Positions 13,615-26,887 are shown, counted from the stretch's first letter. The stretch is 64,000 nt of DNA from Octopus sinensis (GCF_006345805.1 NC_043014.1:1550001-1614000), one strand, 5' to 3'. Notes: generated from the letters alone by a model not told the origin. Numbers and translations are program-made.

Positions 13615-13830
13615 AAAGAGGCAAGTTGGCAGAATCGTTAGAATGTCGAAAAATAACACCCTACGGCATTGATTCAGCGCGTCTTTACATTCTGAGTTCA
13701 AATCCCGCCAAGGGCCAATATTCCCTTTCATCCTTTCGAGTTCGATAAAATAAAGTACAGTGAAGTACTGAGGCTGATAGCATCAACTTGAATCCCCTCG
13801 AAAAGACTGTCCTTCTTGCGAAATCGGAAA
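13615..13830 (+). mobile_element. SINE (family B)
   Basis: GTTGGCAGAATCGTTAG...TTCTGAGTTCAAATCCCGCC...CCTTTCATCCTTTCGAGTTCGATAAAATAAAGTAC. Confidence 0.75.
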
Positions 13831-14076
13831 CCATAAATTATATTTAGATATCAAGACTCTCAAAGAACGTACTCAACGCAATATTTTTTATAAATAGTAA
13901 TTCCAATGTTTTTACGAATCATGCGCGCCCCAATAAGTTCTTTTGCATACCCTAAAAGTGCGTGTACCCTAATTTGAGAACTCTTAGATTTGTCTCAAGT
14001 GCAAAGAATGTGCCAATAATCATTTCCAGTTCCCCCAAGACTAGTTATTAGTTATTACCTTCTCTGAATACTCCAG

Positions 14077-14232
14077 AGGCCGAAACTCTCACCGGCACCA
14101 AGAACAAGGACAATCCCGATAATGAGCTTCACACAGTTTCCATCTTCCAAATCCCACTCCTCCCAAAACTTTGGTCGATTCGATGATATGTGTGAAGATA
14201 CGTGCCCAAGCGGCCGTGCAATAGGATTGTAG
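14077..14232 (+). CDS. Candidate terminal exon of unknown gene 1
   Basis: Pyrimidine-rich acceptor TTACCTTCTCTGAATACTCCAG|. Phase 0 gives RPKLSPAPRTRTIP...CPSGRAIGL* (stop 14230-14232); phase 1 gives AETLTGTKNKDNPDNELH...WSIR* (stop 14184-14186). AATAAA follows at about 14239 and 14263. Confidence 0.45.
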   Translation, partial: RPKLSPAPRTRTIPIMSFTQFPSSKSHSSQNFGRFDDMCEDTCPSGRAIGL

Positions 14233-14928
14233 TTAGAAAATAAATCTAAGCCATACATTTACTAATAAAAGACAGAAACTTCTAGCTCCCATTCTGCCGT
14301 TCTTTAAAAACAGTCATATCTTATTAACGAATCTATTTTCATCATTATGTCCCAAATTCTTCGATATTTCGTGAGAGAGTATAAGAGGCAAGTATAATGA
14401 TGTAACAACCTATATGTGGTAAAATATTTGTTGTTTTATAGAACAAGTGTGGTATAGTAGGTGATGTATAAATAGGGTAGAGGGGAGAGGAGATGGATAA
14501 GGGTGGTGGCTGTAATGATAGCGGCAGTGTGAGCAGGCTAGTGGGGGGGGGGGTAGGTAAAGCTCACGGCTGTTGTTAAGAGTGCTCCAATGCCTTCTCC
14601 CAAAATTAGACATTTATCAGCCACAATAAAAGACAAGGAAGTCTTCGACATTTAACAGACACAGATGTCTCCTTCTCCCTCCCGCTCCCTCCTCCCTGTA
14701 TGTAAGTATAAATAAAATATATATATATATATATACACACGTGCATACTTGCACATATATGTCTATATATACATATATAATACGCACGTACACACATGCC
14801 ACAAGACAGTGTTTCTTTCTATAAATAAAAATAAAGAACATAAACTGTGTAAACTATTCATCAGATTAAATTCGAAGTTACTGTCAAAAAAAATAATTGT
14901 CTACGATTACAAACGAAAGAGCACTACA

Positions 14929-14974
<46 letters not shown>

Positions 14975-15231
14975 CATATATACATCTACATACATACAAA
15001 CATATATTCATACATATACATATATATATATAAAATAAAGCTTATATTTCTGAAGAAAAAAAAAAAACTACTCAACGATTCCCCACGTGCGATCTTTCAG
15101 GCAGAGTTGAACTCAATGTTGAGTGGAAGAGTGCACAGGGGAGGGGAGGGAGAAAACTCTGTGTAGGAATGCTGTGAATCATCAGCTGTTCGTATCACAC
15201 AGGGTTATATATATATATATATATATATATC

Positions 15232-15287
<56 letters not shown>

Positions 15288-15306
15288 GTGGGTGTGTGTG
15301 GTGTGG

Positions 15307-15337
<31 letters not shown>

Positions 15338-15709
15338 GTATGCAAAAACACACACACACAATATATGTGTGCATATGCGTGTGGGTTTGTATATATAATA
15401 AATATGTAGTTGTCTACGCAACCGTCTATCTGTCTACTCTTCTACTTGTTGGTATGGTTTGACATTCCACACACACATTCATAAAAACACGCGTGTACAC
15501 ACACACATGCACACACACACACACACACCACCACACACATAGACACACACACACACATTCCAAGAAGCATTCGAAAATACAAACTAAAGAAAGCTCGCTC
15601 CACCAATTTCTTGCCCCACCCATCACCACCAAAAGGGAAAAAACGATTGGAAAAAGCGCAAAAAAAGAAGGAAAACCAAAGAATAGAGGCAAAGAGATTG
15701 AGTGAGAGT

Positions 15710-15743
<34 letters not shown>

Positions 15744-15845
15744 ACCGACAGACAGACAGACAGCCTGAGAAAGAAAAAAAAAGAGAACATAAATTAAACA
15801 AATAGATATATAAAAGAAATTCTGATTAAGGAAAGTCATGCTCAC

Positions 15846-15960
15846 CTTAGAAAGTTGTTAGGCGCATGCGCAATCGAGGCTTGTTTATTTTTTTATTCTT
15901 GGTTTCTATTTTTTAGTTTAATGTTCCTTTTCTTTACCACATTTCGTCTTACGCCATTTT
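15846..15960 (-). ncRNA. Putative first exon of a divergent minus-strand transcript (non-coding or 5'UTR)
   Basis: Starts near the minus-strand AAAATGGCG TAA (ATG-GCG-stop) and ends at consensus donor AAG|GTGAGC; no downstream coding exon securely identified. Confidence 0.35.
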
Positions 15961-16180
15961 AGAGGGGGAAAGGAAACTTTTAGCAGAGGACTACCTGTGC
16001 AGCGCCGTCCACCCGTCCGCCCGTCCGTCAGTCCGTCCTCCCCTGCACATCATACAGCCATACTGAAATATAGTATAAATACTAGCATATACTTTAGTAT
16101 TAGGTCAATATAATATTAATATAAACTCTACAATTGCTGGTCATATTAAGCGAAAGTTGATAACAAAATGGCGTACCGCT
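15846..16180. promoter_or_regulatory. Bidirectional promoter-like region
   Basis: GCGCATGCGC palindrome (NRF1-type) at 15862-15871; divergent AAAATGGCGTA (YY1-type) at 15950-15960 (-) and 16165-16175 (+); CCGT-rich CpG tract at 16005-16038; an outward-facing strong donor on each side (AAG|GTGAGC minus at 15846, TGG|GTAAGA plus at 16263). Confidence 0.7.
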
Positions 16181-16263
16181 TACTCAACGATTACGATACA
16201 AATCATGACGTTATTTATAACACAACTTACACAAGACGGACGGTGACATCGAATAGTGATTGG
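16168..16263 (+). CDS. Unknown gene 2, exon 1 (MAYRLLNDYDTNHDVIYNTTYTRRTVTSNSDW)
   Basis: ATG in good context (CAAAATGG), 32 open codons, donor TGG|GTAAGA, phase 0. Confidence 0.7.
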
Positions 16264-16506
16264 GTAAGATACGATAATTAATTTGTATTGATTCATATTA
16301 TTTTGTTATATTGTTATATATGTACGTGTATGTGTGTGTGCGTGCGTGCTTGTGTATGTGTGTATATGTGTGTGTATGCGTTTGTATGTTGTTTTTAATA
16401 ATATTTTAATTACTAAATCAGTGTTGATTTCGTTTACATATTTGATAGGGAGAATTTAAAAATTAGTATACATTAGTGCTTGAATGAAATCATTATATAG
16501 TATGAT

Positions 16507-16538
<32 letters not shown>

Positions 16539-17214
16539 ATTATATATATATATATTATTTATATATATATATATATTATAATATATATATATATATATAT
16601 ATATTATTATATATATATATATGCATGCATACATACATACATAAATACATACATATTATATATATATATAACAACAAATATACATTACATACATTACATA
16701 CATATATATATATACATACATATGTTATACATACACATATACATAATACATACATGCATAATATATATATATATATAATATATATATAATTATATATTAT
16801 ATATATATCATACATATATACATATATCATATACATACAACATACCAACATACATGCTTATATATATATTAATCTCGCAACTCGAGTTTCACGTCGCTGA
16901 GATCTTCAGACGAGAAGATCGTTATATTTTATATTTATATATTATGCAATACCTTATCCTAATATTCTACTCTGTATACCATATTGCACAGTTTATATTC
17001 CCATTCTCTCTTTATATTATAAACTTATATGTATTGTATTTATAATGAAAAAACCTGAAAATATATCTGTGTATATGGAATCTGTTTATAGACATAGATG
17101 CATGTAGCTATGTATTTATGAATGTATGTATGTATATGTATGTATATTCCAAGTATCACTTTCAGTACCTTGGCAATAAGTCTTATATAAGGCTCACTGC
17201 TATTACTATATGTA

Positions 17215-17255
<41 letters not shown>

Positions 17256-19689
17256 ACACACACACACACATGTATATACGATACATATAAATTTGTTTAG
17301 AGTCTAAGTTGAGTGAAAAATAACATGATTGGTGGTCGGCAATCGATAGATGCGTGGCGACATGCACACACACACACACGCAAATATATGAGGGTATATA
17401 TAGCTTAACACGCAGGCACACACATATATGTATATACATACAACCGCATATGCATATGGATATATGTGTGTATGTATGCATGTATGTATGTATGTATGTA
17501 TGTATGTATGTGTGTATGTATGTGTGTATGTATGTATGCGTCTGTACGTACGCACACACATATATTTACATACATACGGATACACGCACACACATACATA
17601 GGGGTGTATCTATACACTTATTTATATGTGTATATATATATTTGTGTGTGCGCATGTATTTTTGGATGAAAGTAACGAAGAGTAATTGTGTGAAGTTTTA
17701 GTGTTATTTCTGTGAATACTGAAAGTAGTCGGGCACCTTGCAGTAGGTGAAAGAGGCGAGGGAGGAGGGAGAGAGGTGAGAGAGGCAGAGAGACAGGCAG
17801 ACAGACAGACAGGGCAGACGTTCAAGCAGAAAGGAAAGGGAGAATGAGAGATAAGGAGTGATGTAGGGAGGCAGAGAAAGAGAGTTTTGTTTTGTGGAAG
17901 TCATTTTGAGGGCATTGAAGAGATAACGACTTGTTAACTATTCCGGAAGGTTAAGCTGGTAATAAGTGAACTCAGCGTGGCGGGTTCGTCTCCAGCTAGA
18001 AACCTATTCGATTTTATTTATATCTCTGATGACCTTGGGAAAAGTATAAATATCGCATAATCTCTTTTCTGTCAAATTTTCTATTTAAATAATCGTGCTA
18101 AACATAATATTCTAAATCCAGATCTCTTCTTGTGGGTGGGGTTCGGTCCCAGCATGACACAAATTTATTTTTTATTATTTTTTCCGGAACTACTGTCCTT
18201 GTGAAAAGTCATAAATGCCACAGAATCCTTCTTGCCTAAAAACCTCCTAAGTTTATTCAGTATGAAAAGTAGAGGCGACGTGTTGATTGCGATTTCAATC
18301 AGAAATCTGTTCCTTTCATTTACATTAGTGTTGCTAATGAGTTTGGCAGGAAGGAACATCATATCCATGAGGATGCTGAATTCGTCGTACATCGACAAAG
18401 CAAGGGAGCCTCATAGTGTCGCTGGATCTACTAGACATACCAGCCAAATCTCCCTGAAATCGCGCTGTCTTTCTTCAAACTTCTACAAAAGGTGGCGGGG
18501 AATTAGATACACGATACCTGAGTAAAAGTCGGGGTGTTCATGGCGGGAAACCCTTTTATTATAGGTCTACTCAATCAGAGCTGCCCTGGAGCTAAAAGAT
18601 AAGAAAAGCGATATGGTTTCGAATCCTCGGTCAGTTTCCTTCACATACATCACCAATAAGCGTGATAAAGGCATGACTGCCACAACTCAACATGTGTCTC
18701 TGTGTCTCTGTGAGACGAGAAGCGTGGATCAAGAATAGGGGACGCACGTTCAACCCCCAGGTGCGAGAGGGTGGACAATATTACTTCACTTAGGCAGTTT
18801 AGTGTGTGTAGGAGAGGCATGACTGCCACAACATCTTTCCTAAGCCTTATGCCCAAACCCAGACATTTTTTGACGGAGGAGTACAAATTATTAACTCGAC
18901 TCTTTCTTTCTCTCTCTTTGCTTCTCTCTCTTTCTCTCTCTCTCTCTGACTCTTTTACTCTCACTCTCCCACAATCCTTCTTTCTTTCTTTCTCCCACTC
19001 TTTCCCCTCTCACTCCCTCTCTCCTATCTCTCTCCCCCTCCTTTGCTTTCTCTTTCTTCCCCCTTCCTCTCTCTTTCCCTCTCTCTCCGCTCCAATAAGG
19101 AATGTACGAAGTTGGCCAAATTCCAAAACAACTGTGGAATTGTTTGGAATCAAAGACAAACAAATGACTCAGACAGACCCAGTTTCCACTCACCTGTTCT
19201 ACCTTACCTAGTTTACCATATTTACCTGGAGTTTTTGGTGCTGTAATAGAATTATTTAGGGTACGGTGGATTGGAGTGGAGGGCGGGGTGGTTCTAGTTA
19301 AATGATGCAACTGAAGAAGGAGAGTGAAAGACACAAGGAGGGCTATGTTAGGAAATACACACACACACACACACACACACATATGCATATATATCCGTAT
19401 GCAAAGCACACTTATAAAGGAATGCGTGCGCAATCACGCAGAGAAATGCACGTTGCAGATGCATATATAACACGGGTGCACAATTCCCTAGCATATGTAT
19501 TCACTTAACACGTGCTGGCACGTATATATACACGCACTTGAAGAAATACACCCGTACAGACATATACGTACAGAGACCCTCCACACACACATGAACATTC
19601 TGTGTGTATACATACATTACGTTCATACATAAAATAACATACGTACGATATATGTATGTAGCATGTGTTGTAGACATATATATATATAG

Positions 19690-19884
19690 AGATAGAGATA
19701 GAGAGGATAGTAGATGCGAGATAGATAGATAGATAGATAGATCGATAGCCAGACAGAAAGACAGACAGATAGCATAGATAGATAGATAGATAGATAGATA
19801 GATGATAGATAGCTAGCTGGATAGATAAGATAGATGATCAGAAGATGATAGATAGATAGATAGATAAGATAGATAGATAGATGT

Positions 19885-19933
<49 letters not shown>

Positions 19934-19968
19934 TAGAGAGATAGATAGGCAGACAGACAGACAGACAA

Positions 19969-20024
<56 letters not shown>

Positions 20025-20171
20025 TAGATAGATCGATAGATAGATGATAGATAGATAGATAGGCAGACAGACAGACAGACAAATAGATAGATAGATAGAT
20101 AGATAAGATAGATAGATAGAAGATAGATAGATAGATAGAGATAGATAGATGGAAGACAGACAGACAGACAA

Positions 20172-20224
<53 letters not shown>

Positions 20225-20225
20225 C

Positions 20226-20260
<35 letters not shown>

Positions 20261-20350
20261 GAGATAGATAATAGATAGATAGACTAGATAGATAGCAGAC
20301 AGACGACAGACAAAAATAGATAGATTAGACAGACAGACAACAGGCAGGAC

Positions 20351-20393
<43 letters not shown>

Positions 20394-20468
20394 TAGATCG
20401 CTAGATAGATAGATAGATAGACAGACAGGACAGACAGAATAGATAGATAGATAGATAGATAGGATAGC

Positions 20469-20523
<55 letters not shown>

Positions 20524-20550
20524 GACGAGAGATAGATAGATAGGTAGATG
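19690..20550. repeat. Long (GATA)n/(GACA)n tetranucleotide array
   Basis: Direct reading; explains ORFs 19623-20171 and 19813-20082. Confidence 0.95.
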
Positions 20551-22412
20551 TGAATATTTGCTCACATACATATACACAAATGCAGATAGAAACTTAAGTG
20601 AGAGTGTGCGTGCGTATGTGCGTGCTTGCTAGCACGTGTCCCTGCATGTGCACACGTATACACTTGTTCGTGTGTTTATGTGTATACGTGTGAGGCTGGG
20701 GTGGGGAGGTAGACACTTGATTCTATCATTGATGAGTGGTTGGCTAAAGTATAACTTTCCAGACATCTTTTCATATTTTTCTTGTTTCTTCCGCCCCAGC
20801 TCGCAAGAACACATGGAAATAATTAAGTTATATGAGCAACGTAGCGATAATTATAATGAGATAGACATGCAATCCACATATAGTCATTCATTTATCGCTT
20901 GAACATTTTACATTTAATGGTTTGGTAATGAGAGATGTTTAGTCAGACGTACTGATAACGTGGTTACTAGGTAAGTTGGTAGGTAACTGCAGAGACTGAT
21001 GGATGAATACATAACCAATTAGAAAGGTTTAGGCGTCTTTAAAGTCTTTAAAATCGGAGTTAGTCGTTCTTATATTATTCCTACTGACCGAAATTTTTCG
21101 ACTGCATAAAATATGTAGTTTGGCCAAAAACATCAGGATTTTGTCAGTGCAAATGAAGCGTTTGCCAAATGACTTTGATATTCTTAGAACATAGCCTAAA
21201 TGATAAAACCGGGGGAAATTCTAGAAACCATTCGTTTTTTATTTATATATATATATATTATATATATATATATATATATATGAATTGGATGATCATTGCC
21301 TTCTTGCAACATGGCCAAATGTGATAGCTCTCGTCTTCCAAGAGATGTTAGTATGAACGACTATGAGGTGCATAGAATTTGAAAAACCTCTAAATTTGTT
21401 TAGGGAAATACGTTTAAGAATTTCCATCGAATTACTGTTAATTTTCTGAAGAATATAAAAATTGTACATGCAAATAAATTCAGTCATTACCAAGAACTTA
21501 ACAGTGTCAATACATAGGCAAGAATTTGATCTTAAATACCAGCAGCAATTTAATAAAAGTTTCATTAAGAAAAAGATTTCTTGCAAATATTTTGCGAGCC
21601 ATTTTAATTAAGTCTCATTTTTTTTTTTTTTTGCATCTTCATTGCTACAAACAATTGCCATTTTAGGGATTTTAATTGTCTTTCGAAAGTTCAGGCATAT
21701 CGTGCTGAATCAGTGAATCAAACAAAAGAATAAGTGTTTCCAAGAATTATATAAGTTTATTGAGAATCACTAAGATGTGCCTTCATCAACAAATACACTT
21801 AAAAAATTTGGGAAAGTATTCCCCTCAAGCCTCTCACGTGACATTTGGTTTTAAAAGAAACATGTTCGGTCTTGCTACTCTAAAGGTCTATGGTAGTTCT
21901 TCGTTCGAATTAATGTCGTAAACTCTGCTTAAGCAAGAAATTATTTATACTACCACAAAATAACAATGATTTAAGTAAATGATCAGAGCTGTTGAGCCAT
22001 TACAGACACATCGCGAAATACTTTCTTAGCTACGATGTTCTCCCAAATAGTTGAGTCAAGAAATATATATTCGACATGGCTGAACACTTTGAATTATATG
22101 ACCCTTTTTATCTCCACTTTCAAAAATTTAAAGTCACCTAAAGATTTAAAATAATTTCGAAAATTTACATTCATACAGCACCACTCAACTGCCACGCAAT
22201 GTTGGGCCAAAAAACTATATTCTTTGTGTGTAATAAATATCTTTTTCAACTTCAGATTCTTTGCAAAAAATCTGTTATCCGATGTAATGTATGTTTACAG
22301 AACGTGGAGTGTGTTTGCGTTTGTTCGTGTTCGTAAACCATTCTGTGTGAAATTCATTCCGGAATCAGACTGTATCCGAATCCAAAGTCTTTATTATGCA
22401 AATCTCTTTCAG

Positions 22413-22490
22413 CCTTCTGCAGTGCCGAGCCACAGCTGGAAAGCCATTCGTGACGTGGAAGGCTATACAAAGCCACACATGGCATGGGAG
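22413..22490 (+). CDS. Unknown gene 2, exon 2 (PSAVPSHSWKAIRDVEGYTKPHMAWE)
   Basis: AAATCTCTTTCAG| acceptor, GAG|GTCAGT donor, 78 nt, phase 0-0, joins exon 1 to exon 3 in frame. Confidence 0.65.
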
Positions 22491-22669
22491 GTCAGTTCGA
22501 ATTGCTGGTAGCTTAGCTTCACCTTGCTTACTAGAACACGCACACTTGCCAAATTGCCAGCTTGTTGCCAAATAGCCAGCTTGCCAATTTTCCGGTTATT
22601 GCTGCACGTATTCTTCAAGCAATGCAACAGATCAGTATTACAATATGTGTTGAGAGTCTCTAACACACA

Positions 22670-23251
22670 AACACATACATACACACACACACACCACGCA
22701 CGCATGCATGCATGCACACATACATACATACATGCATACATACATACATACATACATGCATACATGCATGCATACATACATACATACATGCATACATATA
22801 CACACATACATACATCATACAATGCATACATACCTACATTTCATACATACATACATGCATACATACATACATACATGCATCATACATACATACATGCATA
22901 CATACCTACATACATACATACATACATACATACATACATACATACATACATACTTGCATACATACATCATACATACATGCATACATACATACATGCATAC
23001 ATACATACATACATGGCCTAATACATACATACATACATAATACATACATACATACATACAGACATGCATACATACATACATGCATACATACATACATACA
23101 TACATGCATACATACATACATACATACATACATACATACATACATGCATACATACATACATACACATCATACATGCCATACATACATACATACAACATAC
23201 ATACATACATACATACATACATACATCATTCATACTCCATACATACATACA

Positions 23252-23283
<32 letters not shown>

Positions 23284-23397
23284 CATACATTCATACATAC
23301 ATACATACATACATAACATACATACATACATGCATACATACATACATACCATGCATACATACATACATACATACATCATTCATACATACATACTACA

Positions 23398-23429
<32 letters not shown>

Positions 23430-23561
23430 CACACACACGCACACACGCATGCATGCATACATGCACACATACATACCATACATACATACATACATATATA
23501 CATACATATACACACACACACGCATACATACAGACATACATACATACATACATAACATACA

Positions 23562-23593
<32 letters not shown>

Positions 23594-23622
23594 CACACAC
23601 ACGCATGCATGCATGCATGTAT

Positions 23623-23660
<38 letters not shown>
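22670..23660. repeat. About 1-kb (CATA)n array
   Basis: Direct reading; source of all HTYI/MYVC ORFs here. Confidence 0.95.
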
Positions 23661-23665
<5 letters not shown>

Positions 23666-23869
23666 AGAAAAAAAGAGCACTGACTAGTAGTTTAGTAGTG
23701 TTTAATATAATGCAACGCAGTCAACTGTTTGGACCAACGAGGGATTCACAATTTCTCTTGTAATTATGCTATAAAAATACTCATCAGGCCTTCTGTCCAT
23801 CGCTGAGACTATTGCATAATCAGGCGAAAGAACTTATAGCTATATGAGCTCTTAAACTTTAATAATACC

Positions 23870-23910
<41 letters not shown>

Positions 23911-24168
23911 TAGAAAAAAACACCTTTTATCAATTTAAAATGAAAAATTAAATACACCATCTAGAAAATTACATATAATAGAAAGATTAAATTTCTAATT
24001 TATATATATATATATATATTTATATTTTGTGAAATTTTGATTTAGTAATTACTAAATTGAATTTTTTCCTGTAAGCTTGCAATAATATTCCCTCATATTA
24101 TTTATTATTATTATACATAACCATATATATATTATATATATATATATTATATATATATAATATATAAT

Positions 24169-24252
<84 letters not shown>

Positions 24253-24334
24253 TACATGATATTATATATATACATGTATATTATATAATATTATATACAT
24301 GTATATATATATATATTATATATATATCTATATA

Positions 24335-24381
<47 letters not shown>

Positions 24382-24868
24382 GTATTATATATATATACAT
24401 ATATATCTGATCAGATAAATTGTCGACTGCAACTGCTTTTGTAAACACTGCTGCTTATAATATTGCTTTTCTGTTGGGGTAGTTTACCCTGTTATTGTTC
24501 GTTCTTGTTAAATTTTGCAAAAAATTTAAAATAAATCCTTCGGATCATTGACCTGATTCCGATTCTGTCCACAAACACGTTCGCGTGTAAAGAATATATA
24601 ACAAAGAAAAACAAGTTGGATAATTAATTCATTAGCTTACAGTTGTTTCCATTGAGAGGGAAAAAACATTTCAAACTTGTTTTCCTTTGTTATTCATTCT
24701 TAACATATGATTCTCTATTTTCTTGCTGCCTGTGTCTTCATCAAGAAACGAGGCTGGTCAGTATATAACTCTATCGTTTTGTGAGGGTTGCAGATAGACC
24801 TATAAGTATAAATACATTAAGTTACAACGGAAAAGTTCTATGTAATGCTAGGGTAAATCAACACCACG

Positions 24869-24938
<70 letters not shown>

Positions 24939-25125
24939 ACACACTAATCATTGGCGATTTTCCTGCAGCGAGTATCAAAACCGAGACAGTGTGTGGAGCA
25001 TGCGGAAGTGCTGATCCACAAGGTTGATGTTTAGTCCGGCAAACAAACGTACTTAAGGAAATCTATTTGGGATGCTGCTCTAGTTTTCTGTTTCTTTATT
25101 CATTCATGCATCTACATGGTTAATG

Positions 25126-25511
25126 TGGAGGCGTAATGTCCCAGTGGCTAGGGCAGTGAACTTGCGGTCGTAGGATCGCAGTTTCGATTCCCAGAGCGAG
25201 CGTTGTGAGTGTTTATTGAGCAAAAGCACCTAAAGCTCCACGAGGCTCCGGTACGAGGAGTGGTGGCGAACCCTGCTCTACTCTTTCACCACAAACTTTC
25301 TCCCACTCTTTCTGTTTCTGCTGTACCTGTATTTCAAAGGGGCCAGCCTTGTCACACTCTGTGTCACGCCGAATCTCCCCGAGAACTACGTTAGGGGTAC
25401 ACGTGTCTGTGGAGCGCTCAGACCCTTGCGCGTTAATTTCACGAGCAGCCTGTTCCGTTGATCGGATCAACTGGAACCCTCGTCGTCGCAACCGACGGAG
25501 CGCCACGATAT
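25126..25511 (+). mobile_element. Full-length family A SINE with 10-bp TSD
   Basis: tRNA-like head, CCGACGGAGCGCC tail; ATGGTTAATG duplicated at 25116-25125 and 25512-25521. Confidence 0.9.
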
Positions 25512-25616
25512 ATGGTTAATGATTAATTCTACGGTCTGTCTGGTCATTCACTGTTTATTTATTTACTTTTTAGCATTCTGTATATATTTATGTTTTTTTT
25601 AATTTTCTCTGTCCAG

Positions 25617-25744
25617 TACCGACTTGATGCTGACGCCGGCGCGGAGCACCAGATTCCTAAAGGAACCGTACCCTACGTTCACGTGCGAGATCAAGTGAGA
25701 GGTGTGCAGGACAAGATGGATCGTCACCGGCAGTTGCTTGACAG
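25617..25744 (+). CDS. Unknown gene 2, exon 3 (YRLDADAGAEHQIPKGTVPYVHVRDQVRGVQDKMDRHRQLLD-R)
   Basis: TTTTCTCTGTCCAG| acceptor, CAG|GTAAAA donor, only phase 0 is open, 128 nt ending phase 2. Confidence 0.8.
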
Positions 25745-25856
25745 GTAAAACTTTTCTTCATCTAACAATCCGCCGAGATTCTCACTCGGGGCTGTATTTA
25801 CTCATAAGTTAAATCAACCACTGCTAAAAGCAATGTCTGCGAACAATATACATTGT

Positions 25857-26070
25857 GAAGGCGCGTGGCCGAGTGGTTAGATCGCGGGTTCGATTCCACA
25901 CCGAGCGTCGCGTTGTGTTCTTGAGCAAAACACTTCATTTCACGTTGGTGCTGTCTCCTTTCCATCAAAGGGGAGTGGTGGCGATATTTAATGGCTAAAA
26001 CGATGCAAAGCGCATTGTGACCAGCGATGTATAACACCATCTGCTAGCCTGGTAGGTCATGTGATCACGT
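25857..26070 (+). mobile_element. tRNA-derived SINE (family A variant)
   Basis: GAAGGCGCGTGGCCGAGTGGTTAG...TTGTGTTCTTGAGCAAAACACTTCATTTCACGTTG...CGATGCAAAGCGCATTGTGACCAGCGATG. Confidence 0.8.
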
Positions 26071-26340
26071 GATATATATATATATTATTTGCAAGGAAGG
26101 GTGGAGGGTAACTTCGTTCGAAGTTGCAGACATGGAGTTTTCATCAGATTGGCTGACGAACACCACAAAACCAAAACTTCGAAGTCACGATCAACCTTTA
26201 CCTTGTACAATAAAAGAAAATGCTACGCGATCCTTCCGTTTAATGTGTGACTGCTTTTACGCATAATTATGCGCAAATACATATATGTGTATTACGGGGA
26301 TGTACTTGCAAGGATCTGAGATCCTGTGCTGAAACAAAAA

Positions 26341-26622
26341 CAATAGCAGCGTGGAAGGCGTTTATAAGCCATTTAAGAAATACACAAAATCCGTTAGATT
26401 CACTTCAGAATTTAACGGTTTTCGTGTGTTTTTAAATTTGTTAAAATATTTTCGTCGCTTTGAAACCGCGACCTCTTCACTGACAAAATTCCGTGCTCAG
26501 TGAATAGGTCGCGGTCTCAGGCGACGAAAATATTTTGACAAATTAAATTTAAATGTTACAGTGAATCTAAGGGTTTTTGTGTGTTTTTAAATGGCTTATA
26601 AACACCTTCCACGCTGCAATTG
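26341..26622. mobile_element. About 280-bp near-perfect palindromic fold-back element
   Basis: GCAGCGTGGAAGGCGTTTATAAGCCATTTAA pairs with TTAAATGGCTTATAAACACCTTCCACGCTGC; inner AAAATATTTTCGTCGC..CCGCGACCT..TTCACTG pairs with CAGTGAA.AGGTCGCGG..GCGACGAAAATATTTT. Confidence 0.85.
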
Positions 26623-26887
26623 CATATATGTGTAGATATGTATAAATGTGTGTGCATCTATATACGCGCGAATGCGTGTGTTTCGTGCAAGTATATTTGA
26701 GAAAATAATTGATATTTTAAGTGAAAATTTGGACGGTAATAAAATTTTAAATTTCCTATAACTTTATCGCTGGTGGTTTTGTAGTCCTCAAGAAAAGCAG
26801 TGGATTTCTCTCTTCGTCCGATTCCTGTTGTCAGAATAAAAGACACAGCCTATTAATGACTGTTTGCATCTGTTTGTATCTTTTCAG

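Noticed and set aside
22463-23763. Long M/Y/H/C-rich ORFs (up to 323 aa), superficially reflectin-like in Met/Tyr content
   Set aside because: Pure translation of a (CATA)n array; no reflectin repeat motif and no splice context. The same applies to all IYIY/HTYI/RERE ORFs.
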